DNA of 62,953 nucleotides, filler included. It is 4 parts of 4 records of this genome, joined end to end, with 100 filler letters (N's around TTAATTAATTAA, not from the genome) between each part and the next. Parts side by side here need not be neighbours in the genome. Positions count along the whole stretch, not along the records: positions 1 to 25,747 come from SRR20825019_2631; 3 more parts are not named here. One strand, given 5' to 3'. Positions within the stretch are counted from its first letter, which is position 1, and the number at the start of each line of letters is the position of its first letter. Under the pieces are notes generated by a model. The model was not told where the DNA came from, did no database searches, and was given only the letters and a program-made list of their open reading frames with translations. Both the position numbers and the translations under genes were made by a program. Of the stretch, positions 1-12,439 are shown piece by piece.

Positions 1-579
1 TTTTTTTTTTTTTTTTTTTTTTTTGTGTTTATAGATGTGATTCTCGACACATTTCCTCCGACACATGTCTCGCTTGTGGCTGGCGAGTCCTGTTTCGAGG
101 ACAATCCGGTGCCTTGCCGAACGGGAAGATAAATTTGGAGTCCGGACTACAAATGAGATGCGATTGACGGCCCCCTCACGGGCCCAGCGTTGCCCCCCGC
201 GGGAGCACCACCGCTCCTGCTGGTCGGGCCTGGCCGACGACCCCGCGGATGACTCGGCCGTGTGGTCGACCGCCGGCCGCTCTCGTCAGGCCCGCCAGAG
301 TTTGGGCCTGGCCTTGCCGGCCGCCCTAGTCACGGACTACATCGGGCCCGGCGGACCACGCGGCCGGGTCGGGCGGACCAACTTGCAACGCCCCCCGCCG
401 CGGCGCCCGGCCCCCGCGCGGCCCGCCCGACCCCGCGGCCCTCCCACCCGACCCCGCGGCCCGCGCACCCTGCGCGCGCGCCGCGCCCTGAACCGCATAA
501 TTATCCCCCCCCCGGCCCTGACTGTCTGGTGATACATTCGCAAGTTCCACCCCCGGCGCCGCCCCCCAACCCAACGCAC

Positions 580-3500
580 ATGGCCGACCAGCTCGAGGAG
601 GAGCTCCGTAAGCTGCTGAGCCCCGGGACGAGGCAGCAGGAGCGGCGGCAGGCGGAAAAGAACCTTCTCGCGTTCAAGACGTCGAACGAGAACCACTGGG
701 GCGTGACGTGGGCGATCCTCGACAACAGCTCCAACGAGTACCTGCTGTGGTTTGCCGCGTCGTGCCTGGAGTACCACGTGTGCTGGCGCTGGGCCGGGAC
801 GGACCCCGAGAGCCGGAAGACCATGCGGCGCGCGCTGGTGGGATACCTCGGCGCGCGGCGGGACGTGGGCAAGTTTGTGTTCAACAAGGTGGCGCAGGTC
901 CTGGTGCTGATTGCCAAGCTGGGGTGGCCCGAGGAGTACCCGGAGTTTTTCCCGGACGTGCAGGCCCTCCTGGAGCGGCCGGACACGCTCCTGCCGGGCC
1001 TCGCGCTCTTCAGGCTCGCGATGGAGGACTTTGTCTCGGGCAAGGAGAACGTCCCCTCCGACCGCCGGGCGCGGCTGGCCGCGGGCCTGGCGGAGAACGC
1101 GGCCGGGATCCTGGAGATCCTGGAGCGCATGTCGCTCTGGCTGGTGGAGGCGATGCGGTCGGCCCAGCGCACGCCGCTGCAGTCCGCGTGCTGCGCGCAG
1201 CTGCTCCAGACCGCGCAGCAGTTCTTCGCCTCGGTGTCCCTGAACCGCTGCGCGGCCGAGCCCAGCGCGGTGGCCGCCTTCCACAACGTCGTGACGTCCG
1301 CCCTCGAGCTGGCGCTGCTGCCGGACGAGGTCGGGGCGTGCGCGCTCGCGTGTGTGGCGGAGCTGCTCCAGCGGGCGCAGGTCCCGCCGGCGCTGCTGGA
1401 CGCGGCGCTGCCGGGCATCGTGAACCAGCTGGCCGTGGTGATGGAGCGGTTCCCCTCCTCCCCGTCCCCCTCCGACGATTACGCGGAGCACGTCGTGCAG
1501 TGCGTGGACAGCGTCCTGACGCGGCGGGTGCGCCGGGCGGGCGAGGTCTCCGGGTGCCGGATGGACGCCTTCCTCGGCGCCTTCCTCAAGCTCACGTTCC
1601 GGGCGGGCGCGGAGCCCGACCAGTACGCGTCGTGCCTCTCCACGTGGTGCTCCTTCCTGGAGTTCTGCGGGCAGGCCGCGGAGGAGTCCCTCCGGCTCCC
1701 CGGGATGCCGCTCGGCTCGCTGGGCGGCGGCTTCCTCGCGCTGGTGACGGAGACGGCGGCGCGCGCGTCCTTCCGGTCCAACGCCGACTTCCTCGAGGAC
1801 ATCGAGGACGACGACCCCTCGTCCGACTTTGGCGAGATCACCTCCTCCTCCGTGGAGATCGTCGCGGGGGTGATGGCCGTGTGCCCCGGCGCGGCCCTCG
1901 ACGTCCTGAACGCGGGCCTCGCGTCGCAGGCGGACGCCGTCCTGGCGCTCCCGGGCGAGGCGATGGCCGCGGGGTCGCCGGAGAACGGGCGCGTTGCCAA
2001 GGACCTCGCCCTGACGCTGCGGATGTACGGGGCCGTCGCGCTCAACATGGCGGCGCCCAACGCCTTCGAGGAGCGCTTCAACATCACCTACGCCATCGTG
2101 GACAAGGTGCTGCAGGTCGGGGAGGCCCTGGCCAAGGTCCAGCTCCGCGGCCGGCCCGACGAGTACGCGAGGCTGCAGGCGGGAATCTACTCGGCGCTAC
2201 GGGACTACTGCCCCTGGCTGGCGAGGTACTCGGGGGTCCGCTCCGACGTGCCGCCGTTCGAGGCGGTCCTGGGCCGCGTGGTGGGGCTCGCCGCCGCGGC
2301 GCTCTCCGGGCACGTCGACGTCAACGTGGCCGAGGCCGCGGGCTCGCTTCTCCGCGCCCTGTCCGGCGCCGTGCCCCCGGCCCACCTCTTGGCCCAGCCC
2401 CCCTTTGCGCTCATGTGCGAGAGCATCGAGGCCGTCTGCGCGCCCCTGGCCGTCCCCGTCCAGGAGCAGCTCTACGTTTCCGTCGCCCAGGCCCTGCTGC
2501 GGCCCCCGCAGCAAAAGGGCGAGCAGGAGCAGCGCGAGTGGGCCGCCAGGGTCGCAGCGTTCGAGGCCTTTGTGGCGCCGCTGTGCGGCTCCGTGGCGAA
2601 GATTGCGGAGCAGTGCCGGGCCGGGGGCGGGACCCACCGCCAGGACCAGGTCATGTGCGCCATGTCGCGCAACAGCAAGATCTTTGCCGCGCTGGCCCAG
2701 GGGATGGCCGGCGCGGCGCGGGAGCCCAGGGTGGTGTTTCACCGGTGCGCGGCGGGGGCCGCGGAGGCCCTCCTTGACATGCTGTCGCTCTACGGCGAGG
2801 ACGCCCAGCCGTACGTGGTGCTCGAGCACATCATGGAGGCGCTGCACCGGCTGCTCGCGGGATTCAGGGCGCAGCTGGGGCCGGCGTACCTCCGGCGGGT
2901 CCTGGCGGCCCTGGGCAGGATGTTCGCGGAGCGGCGGATGCGCCGGGACGAGCTCGCGTACGTGATGATGGAGAAGTTCCTCGGGCTCGCGACCGAGGTG
3001 GTGGACGACAACCTGTCGGGCGCCGAGGACGTGCTCCCGGGCCTCCTCGGCATCGCGCTGACCGAGGTGTTCCAGGAGTTCAAGGCCGGGGTCGAGCTCG
3101 CCGAGTCGCTCCACGAGCCCTTCGCGGCATTCATGGAGCGGCTCCTGTTCAGGCACTTCCGCAAGTTCTTTGCGCCGGCCGTCGGCGTGGCGCGCCCGGG
3201 CGACGGCCTCCTGCGGGAGTACCTGGGCGCGGTCCTGGAGACGTTCACGTGGGCGCTGTCGCAGCCGGACCCGGACCCCTTCCGCGCCGCCGTGGCGACG
3301 CTGAACAGCCTCGAGCGCACCAACCGGCTCTTTGGCAAGGAGGAGTTCCGCGCCACCATCCGGTGGGAGGTGGTGAGGGGGCTGTTCCTCGCCCTGCTGC
3401 TCAAGACCCACGACGGCCTGCGGGACGACATGACCCAGCTCGTCCACGGGGTGGTGGGCGACGACACGGCCGTGTTTGTCGGCCAGTTCCTGCCGCAGTT

Positions 3501-3669
3501 CCTGCAGGGCGCCGCGGCCCTGCCCTCCGACCAGCAGGCCAGCCTCGTGGCGGGCTTCTCGACCGACCGGGACTACCCCACCTTCCAGATCAGCGTCAAC
3601 CGCATCATCAACGATTTCAATTTTTACTCTATGATACAGGGCCAGCAGTCCGGCGTGGGGCTGGGCTAG
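580..3669 (+). CDS. XPO6: Exportin-6-like importin-beta family nuclear export receptor (intronless)
   Basis: IBN_N-type N-terminus (RQAEKNLLAFK...YLLWFAASCLE...W). C-terminal segments LLLKTHDGLRDDM and DRDYPTFQISVNRIINDFNFY resemble the exportin-6 C-terminus. First in-frame ATG after the GC-rich leader is at 580. Confidence 0.8.
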   Translation: MADQLEEELRKLLSPGTRQQERRQAEKNLLAFKTSNENHWGVTWAILDNSSNEYLLWFAASCLEYHVCWRWAGTDPESRKTMRRALVGYLGARRDVGKFVFNKVAQVLVLIAKLGWPEEYPEFFPDVQALLERPDTLLPGLALFRLAMEDFVSGKENVPSDRRARLAAGLAENAAGILEILERMSLWLVEAMRSAQRTPLQSACCAQLLQTAQQFFASVSLNRCAAEPSAVAAFHNVVTSALELALLPDEVGACALACVAELLQRAQVPPALLDAALPGIVNQLAVVMERFPSSPSPSDDYAEHVVQCVDSVLTRRVRRAGEVSGCRMDAFLGAFLKLTFRAGAEPDQYASCLSTWCSFLEFCGQAAEESLRLPGMPLGSLGGGFLALVTETAARASFRSNADFLEDIEDDDPSSDFGEITSSSVEIVAGVMAVCPGAALDVLNAGLASQADAVLALPGEAMAAGSPENGRVAKDLALTLRMYGAVALNMAAPNAFEERFNITYAIVDKVLQVGEALAKVQLRGRPDEYARLQAGIYSALRDYCPWLARYSGVRSDVPPFEAVLGRVVGLAAAALSGHVDVNVAEAAGSLLRALSGAVPPAHLLAQPPFALMCESIEAVCAPLAVPVQEQLYVSVAQALLRPPQQKGEQEQREWAARVAAFEAFVAPLCGSVAKIAEQCRAGGGTHRQDQVMCAMSRNSKIFAALAQGMAGAAREPRVVFHRCAAGAAEALLDMLSLYGEDAQPYVVLEHIMEALHRLLAGFRAQLGPAYLRRVLAALGRMFAERRMRRDELAYVMMEKFLGLATEVVDDNLSGAEDVLPGLLGIALTEVFQEFKAGVELAESLHEPFAAFMERLLFRHFRKFFAPAVGVARPGDGLLREYLGAVLETFTWALSQPDPDPFRAAVATLNSLERTNRLFGKEEFRATIRWEVVRGLFLALLLKTHDGLRDDMTQLVHGVVGDDTAVFVGQFLPQFLQGAAALPSDQQASLVAGFSTDRDYPTFQISVNRIINDFNFYSMIQGQQSGVGLG

Positions 3670-3760
3670 CCGGCCCGCGGGGCCCGGTCCCGGGGCGAAG
3701 ACAAGCAATAAAGCTGGACGGCGGCCCGGCGGCGGAGGGGAGGGGATCCGGGGGACAGCC

Positions 3761-6700
3761 CTACGCGCGGGCGCGCTGGGACCGGATGTACTCCAGCTCC
3801 TCCAGCCGGGCCGTGATGTCCTCGAGAACACTCACGCTCTCGCTCATCTTTTGCGGGTCGGCCGTCGAGCGGGACGCCGCCTCCAGCTCCTTCCGGTAGC
3901 CGTCGATGATGTCGCCTATCACCCCCGGGTTTGCGCCGGGGGCGCGGCCCTTGCGCACCGGCCCGCCCCCGCGGCCGCGCGCGGATATGAACGGCACGCC
4001 CATCTGGCCGCCCGCGGAAGCCGGGGGCAGGTCGTCCAGGTCCGTGATCTCGATGTGCGAACCCAGGCTCAGATCCGCCGCCGCCGCCCGCTGCGGCCCC
4101 CTGCGGGATGTGATGGGGGCCTCCGGGCCCTCCTCCGTCCGGGATGATGCGCCGCCGGTGAAGCAGAAAAAGTCCTTGCGCGCGGACGACTTGGCCCTGC
4201 GCGCGCTGCGGGGCCGCGAGCGGCCGCTGTGGAGGGCCCTGCCGACGTTCCGCGAACGCGCCATCCCGCCCGCCGCGGCGGGGGCGGGGTCCGTCCGTTC
4301 CATCTCCTCCTCGGCCGCGTCGGCGGCCTCGCCCCCGGATCCGTCGTCCTCGGCCCGCCACGGGGCGGGCCCCGCGGGGATTTCCGGGCCCAGGTCCGCC
4401 GACCGGGCGGACCGGTCCGACCTCGGCGTCCGGCGGGGCGTCCTCTTTCGCGCCCACGTGCCGCCGGCCCCCTGCTGTTTTTCCTCCATCCCGATCACGT
4501 CGTTGCCGATGGCGAGAACCGTCCGCACGACCGGGCTGTCCAGCAGGCCCGACCGCGTGCTGTTGTGGTGCGGCGCGGTCGCCTGCCCGCCCAGGCTGCC
4601 CTTCGAGTCCACGCTGACAATCTCTAGGTCCAGCCCCGGCACGTCGTAGGGCCGCGAGGCGGCGGCCCCCCTCTTCGACGCGGCGCTCCCCGGCCTCGCC
4701 CGGGGGGCGGGGCCCGTCTCGTCGCCGGGGCCCGCCGAGGGCTTCATGGAGGACGGCGGCCGGTTGATGATGCCGCGCTGGAGAAGCTGCTGGGGGATCC
4801 ACATGGGCCAGATGTCGCGCATCTCCGCGAGCAGGGCCTGCCGGGAGGGGTCCTCGGCGGCCGCGGCCGTCTTGTCCGCGACGCGGACCCACGTGTGCCG
4901 GGACATGTGCCGGCGGATGTTGCCGCGCGCCTCCTCCGCCCGCTCGATGGCCCCCGGCATCTCCAGCAGCACCAGCTCCACCGCGAGCTTGTGCGCCGAG
5001 AGGGCGACCTGGATCCCTGCGACCTTCTTCGCGACGGCGGCGGACTTGTCGGGCCTCGTCCTGCGCTGGATGCCCTGGCTCACCTCCCTCCGGATCCTCT
5101 CCACCTCGTAGGCGTGCTCGGCCTCCTCGGACAGCTTCAGTGACAGCTCGTGGGCGATCTTGGCCAGGTCGAGGGCCTCGGTCCTCCTTCCCAGCTGCGA
5201 GTAGATGGCGGCGCAGTGCAGGGCCGCGGTGACGCTGTTGGTGCGATCGCCGCTGTTCCGGGTGACGATGCCGAAAGCCTTCTTGGCATTGTCGAGGGCC
5301 AGGGTCTTCTTGCCCTCGCGAAAGTACATCCACGCGAGGTTGTCGTGCGTCCACGCCTTGAGCTCGGCGCGGGACTCGAGGCCGGGGCCCACCGAGTCCA
5401 GCACCTCCAGGCACTGGTGCAGCATGGACTCGGCCTCCGCGGCCGCGTTCTTGAGGATCGCCTCCACCGCCGTGATGTTGTAGAAGCAGCACAGGTCCTC
5501 GCACATCACCATGCGCTGGCTCTTCTTGAGGCGGAACACCCCGCGCTGCCAGAGGAGGCCCGTGTAGAGCTTCTCGCAGGTCGCCGCGGCCGCGTGTCCG
5601 CGCGAGTGGGCGGTGCAGCACTGGCACCGCGCCGAGCCGGCCGCGGACCACACCAGGCACCAGTTGCACGCGGGGCACTTGCGCGTGCTCTTGGTGACGG
5701 GGTAGGCGAGGAGACGGAACCGCTTGACCTCCACCTCCTCGCGGGCCATGTGCAGCGCGTTGATAAACATGACTCGGCCCCGCCAGCCCCGGTACCACGC
5801 TTGCAGCCTCAGCGCCGCCACCACGCGGCGGTCGTGGGCGTCCCCGACGACCTCCATCCACGCCGCCATCGCCCCGGCCATCTTCGACCGCACCCGCACC
5901 CGCATGTAGCCCCCGATCACGCGCATCTGGCGCTCGTTGTCCGCGCGCTCCCGGCCCTGGCGGCCGCGCACCATCGCCTGGATCATCGTCGCGGCGCCGT
6001 ACCTGTACTCGGCCTCGATTTCCTCCAGGTGGTGCCGGAGCATCCGCGCCTGATACCCGCGCCACCGCGTTTGGATCGCCGTGCACGCGCGGTTCATCTC
6101 GCCGATCATCCGCCTCCGTTCCTCCCGCGCCTTCTTGCGCCTCCACGAGCCGCCGATCTTCCTCGAGGCGTCGTTGTTCTCGGCGTGCCGCCGTCGCACC
6201 CGCCGGCCCCGGTAGACCGCCTGGATCTTGGTCGCCGAGACGTGGCGGCGGTTCGTCCTGCGAATCAGCCGTTCCCTCGCCAGCCTGCGCCGGTAGGCGT
6301 TCTGGATCACGGACGCGCTGCGGTGCCTCTTGTCCTGGATCATCTTGTACTCCGACCTAGCGCGGCGGCCCCGGACCATGCACTGGATCCGCGTCGCCTT
6401 CTCGTTGCCCCTTTCCGTCTTCATCTGGTCGAGGCGCCCGCGCTGCTGGTGAGAGCGGAACCGCGACTGGATCAGCGTCGCGGCGTTGCCGAACAGCTCC
6501 TTCTTCTCGGCGAACTGGCGCTGGGCCATCCTGCGCCGGACGAGGGCCTGCATAAGCGTCGCCCCGCGGGTCGCCCTCGCCTTCTCCGCGCCGAACTTTT
6601 TGCGCTGAAGGTGCGCGCGCACGCGCGACTGGATTGCCGTGGCGGCCCGGCCCATCGCCGAGGTCTGGCGGCGGGCGTAGGCCCGGTACCCCGCCTGGAT

Positions 6701-9700
6701 CACGGCCGCCGCCTCGTGCCTGATCCCGACGACGAGGCCCACGCAACGGCGGGTCATGTGGCCGCGGAAGTGCCTCTGGATCGTCACAACGGCATGCCGC
6801 AGCTCCTCGGTCAGCACCCGCGCGAGCATCTCCACGGTCTGGACGCGGGCGCGGTACGTCCTGAACCGCGACTGGATCGCGACCGCGCTCCTGCTCTTGC
6901 GCTCGTGGTCGCGCCTCCTCCCTAGGTACAGCCCGTACTCCCCCTGGATCAGGCGGGCCGCCTTCTCCTCCTGCTTCCTCATATTCTCCGCGGCCTCGCG
7001 CTGGTCCAGCCTCGACATGTGGATGTTGAACAGATCCCGCCGGAGGGCGGGGTCCCGCACGGCGGCGTAGGCTGGGCGGCCCATCATTGACTCCTCGGCG
7101 GTCTTGAATAACGTCGCCGCGGTGATGTCGCGGTTCTGCGCCAGCGACTCAAAGAATGCCCGGATGACCGGGACCTCGGGGAGGAACGGGTCCTGCGGGA
7201 GTAGGCCCCGCACCACCAGGACCGTCTCGTCCGAGGTGGGGGGCGGCTGGGTGTGGATCTCGCTGATCGCCTCGAGCCCCCGCGCCACGAATCGGGAGAT
7301 GGTCCGCCGCGCCTGGTCGCTCCGCAGCAGGTCGAGGGGCGCCTCGCCCCCCGCGGGAAGTGCAATCTGCGACGAGGCGGCCTCCGCGGCCATGTATTCA
7401 AAGTAAAGCTGCGCGCGCTGGCTGTTCCAATTCACCACCGCGTCCTCCGCGCCGGCGTCATCGCCCAGCAGCTCCCCCTCCAGGTCCGCCCCGGAGAGCA
7501 GCACACGCGAGAACGCATCGGGCGAGTAGACCCTCCGGCAGGTCCACCGGACGTACAGGCGGGGGTCCGTGCCGCTGGGCGCCTCCCCGCCGTGGGGCGA
7601 GACGGCGTGCCATCCGGCGTCCTCGGACTCGTCGCCGCTGACGGTGATCGGCAAGCGGACGTAGCCCGCGCTCTGGTGCCGCCCGAACCGATCCACGTAC
7701 CATACCTCGACCTCCACGGGGATGTCAAGCTGAAGGGGGGGGGGGGCACCACAATGTCAGGCGCGGCCGGGGTGTCACAACGAAAAAATACTTACCGAAT
7801 CGGTACAGAACTGGTGGACCTGCTTCCGCCAGGTGGGGTCCGCGGATTTCGAGGAGAAGTCGCTGTGGATGACCTTGGCGCCAAGGCGAGTCTTGAAGTA
7901 GGCGACCGTCCTTCCGCACTCGGTGCGGCGGAATTGGCCCAGGTTGCTGAGAGCCTCGGGCGCGACCGCGATCTCGTAGAGGTTGGGCAGAGACATGACA
8001 TCCGTGTTGAGCCGGCACGACCGGCGCGCCAGGGTGAGGAGAGACGAGGGCACATTGCCCGCGGGCGTGGGGCGGGCCCGGCGGACCCCGTTGACGAGCG
8101 CAAACGACGAGCGGACGTCCCCCACCGTGAGATCCAGCGCCTCCATCTCCCGCAGCAGCCTCGCGTCAATGGAGTCCTGCGTCTTCTTCTCGCCGATGTG
8201 GGGGTACCCCCGGAAGATGGTGTCGAGGATGGACAGCGCAAAGTGGATCCCGGCCAGGAGCTCCGAGACGTCGCCCAGCGTCCCGAAAACGCCACTGTCA
8301 TCGCTGTCCGCCGCCCGCAGGGCCGCGTGGAGCCGGGCGTGGCCGTCCTCGGCGGCAAGGGTGACGAGCGCGGTGGTGGCCACCACCGGGGGGATGGTGC
8401 CTTCGTTGCCGTCCGTCGCGGCCTCCAGCTTGAGGTAGGAGGGGCGCGGGTTCTGCATCGCATCGATGAACGCCTGGAGGAACACGTTGGTTCCGTACAC
8501 GCCGGGGAGGAGGGGGAGGACGGACTCGGCATCGGCCGGGCCCAGGAGCCTCTTGCCCTCGCACCTCGTCCTCATGGTGGCAATCAGCGCAGGGATCTGG
8601 TCGCCGGTCAGGAGCAGAGCCTCGCCGATGCTTCGGATCTTCTTCCGGGACACCTCGGCGGTCGCCAGGCCGTCCTCGGCCGTGGCCACCTTGCGCACGA
8701 CGGCCGAGTCGACCCGGTTGGACAGGGACGAAAACTCCGAGACCTTGGTGATGTCGGCCAGCTGGGACGCGCGCACGAGGAGGCGATCGATCTCCTCGCC
8801 CTCCGCGGATAGGAGAGGGACCCACCGCTCCAGATTGTTGTGCTCGTGCATCGGCCGCAGGGGCACGGGGACGGAGCTCTCCGGGCGGCCCGCGGCGCAG
8901 TCGTACAGCTGGAGGATCGCCATCGGCATGTGGGCGGGGCCGGCGGTCCCCCGGTTGACCAGCTCCGCCGGGGCGCCGTCATCCTCGCCGGCGACGAATC
9001 CGGCGCTGTAGTGCCCCGCGTCCAGCACCCTCAGGGCGTGCTCCGCGGGGAGGGGGGGCGCGGAGGCCACGCCCACCGGCACAAACACGGAAGCGGAGAG
9101 GGGCCCGTCCACGGCCGCCTCATCAAAGGACTCGAGGAGGTGGTTGAGGCGGTCGCCGATGTTCTTGGCAAGGCCCGACAGCTGGCTCCGCTTGAGGCTG
9201 AGCTCGTCGTGGTTGAGGTAGTGCAGCCGCACGCCCACGCCGATGGTCTCGCCGTCCTCCAGGTCCATCTCCACGGTCCTCTCCACATCCTCCGCGCGCA
9301 GCTCCGGGACGCTCACAATCAGCCGGCCCTTGGCCGCGGGGGCATCCTCGCCCGGGCGGTGGGCGGCGAAGTTGATGACGTGGGACCGCGCGATGGTGCT
9401 CGGCATGTTGAGGAGGCACACCCCGCTGGGGTTGACCTCGCGCTGCAGGCGGCTGTCCTCATGGGCGGCCGTGATCCGCATGCCCGCCGCGCCCCCCTCG
9501 TCCGTCAAGACCACCTTGATAATGCACAGTCTCGTGTCCTCCCAGAACTCGTTCCTCACAAACTGCCCGTCCACGCGGCCCACGGTGCCGGCCAGGTATA
9601 GCTTGAGGTCGCGCGCCAGCTCCTCCAGCCTCGCCCTTGCGTCAACCGCCCTCGGCAGCAGCTCCAGCACCACCGGCTCCTCGCTCCACGGCACGGGGAC

Positions 9701-12439
9701 CGCCTGCCGCCTGGGCCGGGCCGAGTCCCGCCAGTCCTCCACGGGCACCTCCGCGGACCCAACCACCACCATCGCGCCATCGTCGGCCCCGGCCTTGCAC
9801 ATCTGCAGCTGGATCCCCGAGGGTCGCCCGAGGCCCTTGAAGATGCACGCCGACTGGGGCGTCTCCACCGACCTGCCACCCCCCCGGAGGGCCGCGGACG
9901 TCGTCACAAACTCCTCGTCCTCGATCTGCGCCCGCACCATGTACGACTCCGCGCCCTGGTCCCGGCGGCCCTGGCTCAGCCGGACGAGCCAGTTGTTGGA
10001 CATCTGCGCGTCCGCGTCCCCAAACACGTCCTGGAAGAACCGCTCCATCTGGTCGGCCAGCGGGGCCAGGCCCGTGACGGACCACGTCGGGTCCGCGGAC
10101 GCCATCTTGATCTCCAGGAGCACGGTGCCCTTGACCTCGCCCGCGATACTAACGTCCGTCCGGTAGCACCCGGGTTCATTCTCCAACACCGCCATCCCGC
10201 TGCCCACCAGCCTCCGGCTCGTCGAATGCTCCGCGACCGTCACCAGCACCACCGGTTCGCCGCCCGAGCTCGGGATGATGTTGGCCCCGTCGTACAGCAG
10301 GCCGCGCCCCGGCCGCGTCAGGTAGATACGCACCAGGTACTTGTCGGTGTCGATGCCCATCACGGAGACGAGGCGCACCTCGGCGGAGTCCTGGTCGAGG
10401 TCGCTGCCGTCCGGCCACGAGTGGAGAATGGAGATAAAGCTGTTGAGGTCCGCCAGGACGTAGGCAAAGTTCTGCTCGTCCGATCCCGCGGGCTCGATGT
10501 CCTCCGCATCCGCGCGGCTGTACGCGGGGTCAATGGCATTCACGTTGGAGAGGTCGTCGTCCAGCGCGAGCTCCGGCTCCACGTGGAGCTGTCTCATCAA
10601 GTCCTCCTCCTGCATCCGGACGATGTTGTCGTAAGAGACCTGGAATGGGCGATCGAGCTTGAGCAGGTCCAGGCTCCAGTCGGCCTTGGACAGCAATGTA
10701 GAGCCCCCGATCGACACCGTCCTCTCCTCCGCCTGCCCCAACTCCTCGGGCTCGCTCTCGCCTTCGGACTGGGTCAGCTCACCCGCGTCGTCCGGCCCCG
10801 GCAGCGCAACGCGGGCCTCGACGCCCGGCCGCAAGTCGCCGAGGGCATCCTCGATGGCGTCGATGTAGGACAGAAGTATCGGAGAGTTACGTATCAGCCA
10901 CATGGTTTCCTCAAAGCCCATTCCGCGGCGATCCCCGAAGCTCGAGTACTGGCCCAGGGCACGCTCAATGAGCGGGAAGAGGCTCTCCACCGCCCGGATC
11001 TTCTCCTGCATCGTGGCGGTCGAGTGGTCCGCGCCGTCGCCCGGGGGCGCATCGCCCATGTAAGTGTGGACGGTGGCCATGAGCGTGTCAAAGAACCCGC
11101 GCTCGTTGACGCCGCCGCTCCTCTTGGCGGCCGCGGGCTTGCCCAGGCCCGGGCCCATCCCTTCCTCGCGGTCCGTCTCCATCTTAATCTCGACCCGGAT
11201 CTGCGCCACACCCTCGGCGAACGGCTCGCTCTGGTTCGCCTCCCGCCGGGCCGTGCCCTCCTCGGCGCCCGCCCCGGAGCAGGACAGGGCCATCCACACA
11301 TCGACGACGCCATCCCGCAGCAAAATGTCCCGCGCGGACACGTAGCCCCACCCGAGGGACACCTCGCGCTCGAGCCGTGAGCTGTCCATCAGCTCCACCC
11401 TCACCAAATCACCCGGGGACATCCCGCGGAACGCCAGCGGCTGGTCCCCCCACTCTATGGATTTCTTCCTCTTGTCCTTCATCGCCCCGTACTGGACCGC
11501 CGGCTCCGGGCCGGCGTACGCTCTTGTCACGGTGCCCTTGGCAGATCGACCCAGGGACACCACGGCCCTCACGCGGGGGTCCGCGGCCTCGTCTGATGAG
11601 AACGGGCACTGGAGACCCCTGGCCTCCATCACCGTCACGGTGATATCGAATGACTGCCCGACCTCGGCCCAGTTCACCGCCTCGGGCAGCTCCGGATCCT
11701 CCGCCCTCTTGAGGGACCGCGCGGTCACCGTGGCCACGTCCGCTGGCACGGTCCTGGAAGCCTCGGCCCGAAAGCCCTTGAAGGTCCTTCTCATCATCTT
11801 GTAGCTGGACTCCACATCCCCGATGGTGAGCCCGTGCGCCACCATGGCATCCATCAGGTTGTGGCAAACCTCGTCCGGGTCGTTGCGCGCGGCGCCGTAC
11901 AGCTTATCATAACTGCCCAGGAGCGAGGCGAGGAGGTAGAGCACCTTAGAGAGTGTCACCAGGAAGGCCCCAAGCTTCGCCAGCGGCAGCGCGACGCTCG
12001 ACTGGCAAGAGGTGAACGACTTGTACGCCAGGAACAGCCGCTCCTCCAGCGGGTACGGCCCGAGCATGCACACCGCCGCACAAAAGTCCGCCACCTCCAC
12101 CGCCTTCTTGCCGCCGGGCCGCAGCCTCCGGAACACGATGGGCCCCAGCCGGTCGCTCTCCACCCCCGTCAGCTCCCGCAGCAGCGGCACCGCGTACTCG
12201 TCAAACTCCTCCTGGCCCATGCGCCACGACGACAGGCACTTCCTCTTGTAATCCGCGATCCACCTCTCCATCATCGCGCCCGAGCAACTCACCGTGGAGT
12301 AAATGTGCCTCAGTCGCACCACCTCAGTCCGTGCCCAACGGCGGCGAATGATGTCGAACCTGGAGTCGTGGTTGACGGTATCCAACTCCATCGTCTGGTC
12401 GGCCTCGTCCTTGAGTCCTCTCATTCTATCGTCGCCCAT
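3761..12439 (-). CDS. Giant ~2870-aa protein with EF-hand-like/C2 modules, many IQ motifs, a Cys-rich finger and TPR-like helices; join(7796..12439,3761..7729)
   Basis: ORFs 7775..12709 and 3761..7717 join in frame across a 66-nt intron at 7730-7795 (GTAAGT donor, CTGAC branch site, pyrimidine tract, CAG). More than ten IQxxxRGxxxR motifs; C2-like strands (ITVTVMEARGL, VRVELMD). Confidence 0.8.

Noticed and set aside
35-190. Possible terminal exon or Sm-site-like AATTTGG after the poly-T
   Set aside because: Too short and truncated to support a gene or snRNA call.
7730-7795. Apparent frameshift/stop at a G homopolymer between two long ORFs
   Set aside because: Explained by a canonical 66-nt intron that restores the frame.
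337-8812. Very long antisense and alternate-frame ORFs (e.g. 708..2777, 2197..3831, 3666..6146, 5150..6925, 7253..8812)
   Set aside because: Shadow ORFs expected from extreme GC and codon bias; Arg/Gly/Pro-rich translations with no motifs.
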